Source of the DNA: Octopus bimaculoides
Taxonomy: Eukaryota
DNA: 64,000 bases
Assembly: GCF_001194135.2 (NCBI RefSeq)
Contig: NC_068998.1
Coordinates: 17,458,746 to 17,522,745 of the forward strand
Direction: 5' to 3'
The notes under the pieces: generated by a model
Seen by the model: only the letters and a program-made list of their open reading frames with translations
What the model was told of the DNA's origin: nothing
Database searches by the model: none
Translations under genes and position numbers: made by a program
Part shown: positions 63,629-64,000 of the stretch, piece by piece
Layout: every line of letters starts with the position of its first letter
Position numbering within the stretch: the stretch's first letter is position 1

Positions 63629-63635
<7 letters not shown>

Positions 63636-64000
63636 ATAATTGCTTTTTTTATATATTTGTTTTCATTGATTTAAGATTATTTTCCTTAAGACGACGATGA
63701 TGATGATTATTATCGTGTTGTTGTTGTTGTTTCATATCCTTTTATTTCTTTTAGAAACATATGTAATTATCTATAAGATTAAGTGACCTGCATTTCCTCT
63801 ACATATTTACTTAGTAATTTTGTGTCTTAAGGTAATGATTGTAAGTATGCTCACTCTGACATGCTTTGAAGTATATTTGTCTTTTTTTCTTCTGTTTATC
63901 TTGTTTAATGCATAATTTATTTTTCTATTACTGTCTGTAAATGAATGTCATTCAGGAAATAGGAAATCTTAGAATTGATCCCTACATGTTTCATTATTAC

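Overview
AT-rich eukaryotic DNA from a draft scaffold with three N-gaps (772-1028, 28644-28881, 32357-32366). The repeat content looks like an octopod cephalopod (Octopus) genome; this is my recognition from memory, not a database result. It includes tRNA-derived SINE families with internal (CA/TG)n tracts, RTE-clade LINE fragments and 3' tails ending in (GAT)n, CR1/L2-type LINE fragments, a decayed mariner transposase, piggyBac-like and foldback MITEs, and a 5'-LTR+PBS+gag remnant of a Ty3/Gypsy element. I cannot identify an intact protein-coding gene. Most ORF-track calls are artefacts of gaps, microsatellites or low complexity, and the rest fall in transposon remnants. There are no prokaryotic features (no CRISPR, rRNA or true tRNA). 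The window most likely lies in very long intron(s) or intergenic DNA. The most interesting non-repeat signals are: (1) a near-consensus juxtaposed 3'/5' splice site (recursive AG|GT site) at 358-361, followed by a 33-nt exon with stops in all frames; (2) a similar 76-nt stop-containing exon at 49888-49963; (3) a well-bounded 119-nt candidate coding exon on the minus strand at 9793-9911; (4) several long hairpins (12830-12924, 23865-24104, 42891-42977) that are plausible ADAR or pre-miRNA substrates. All of these are hypotheses that need RNA data. I cannot claim a new biological system from the sequence alone.
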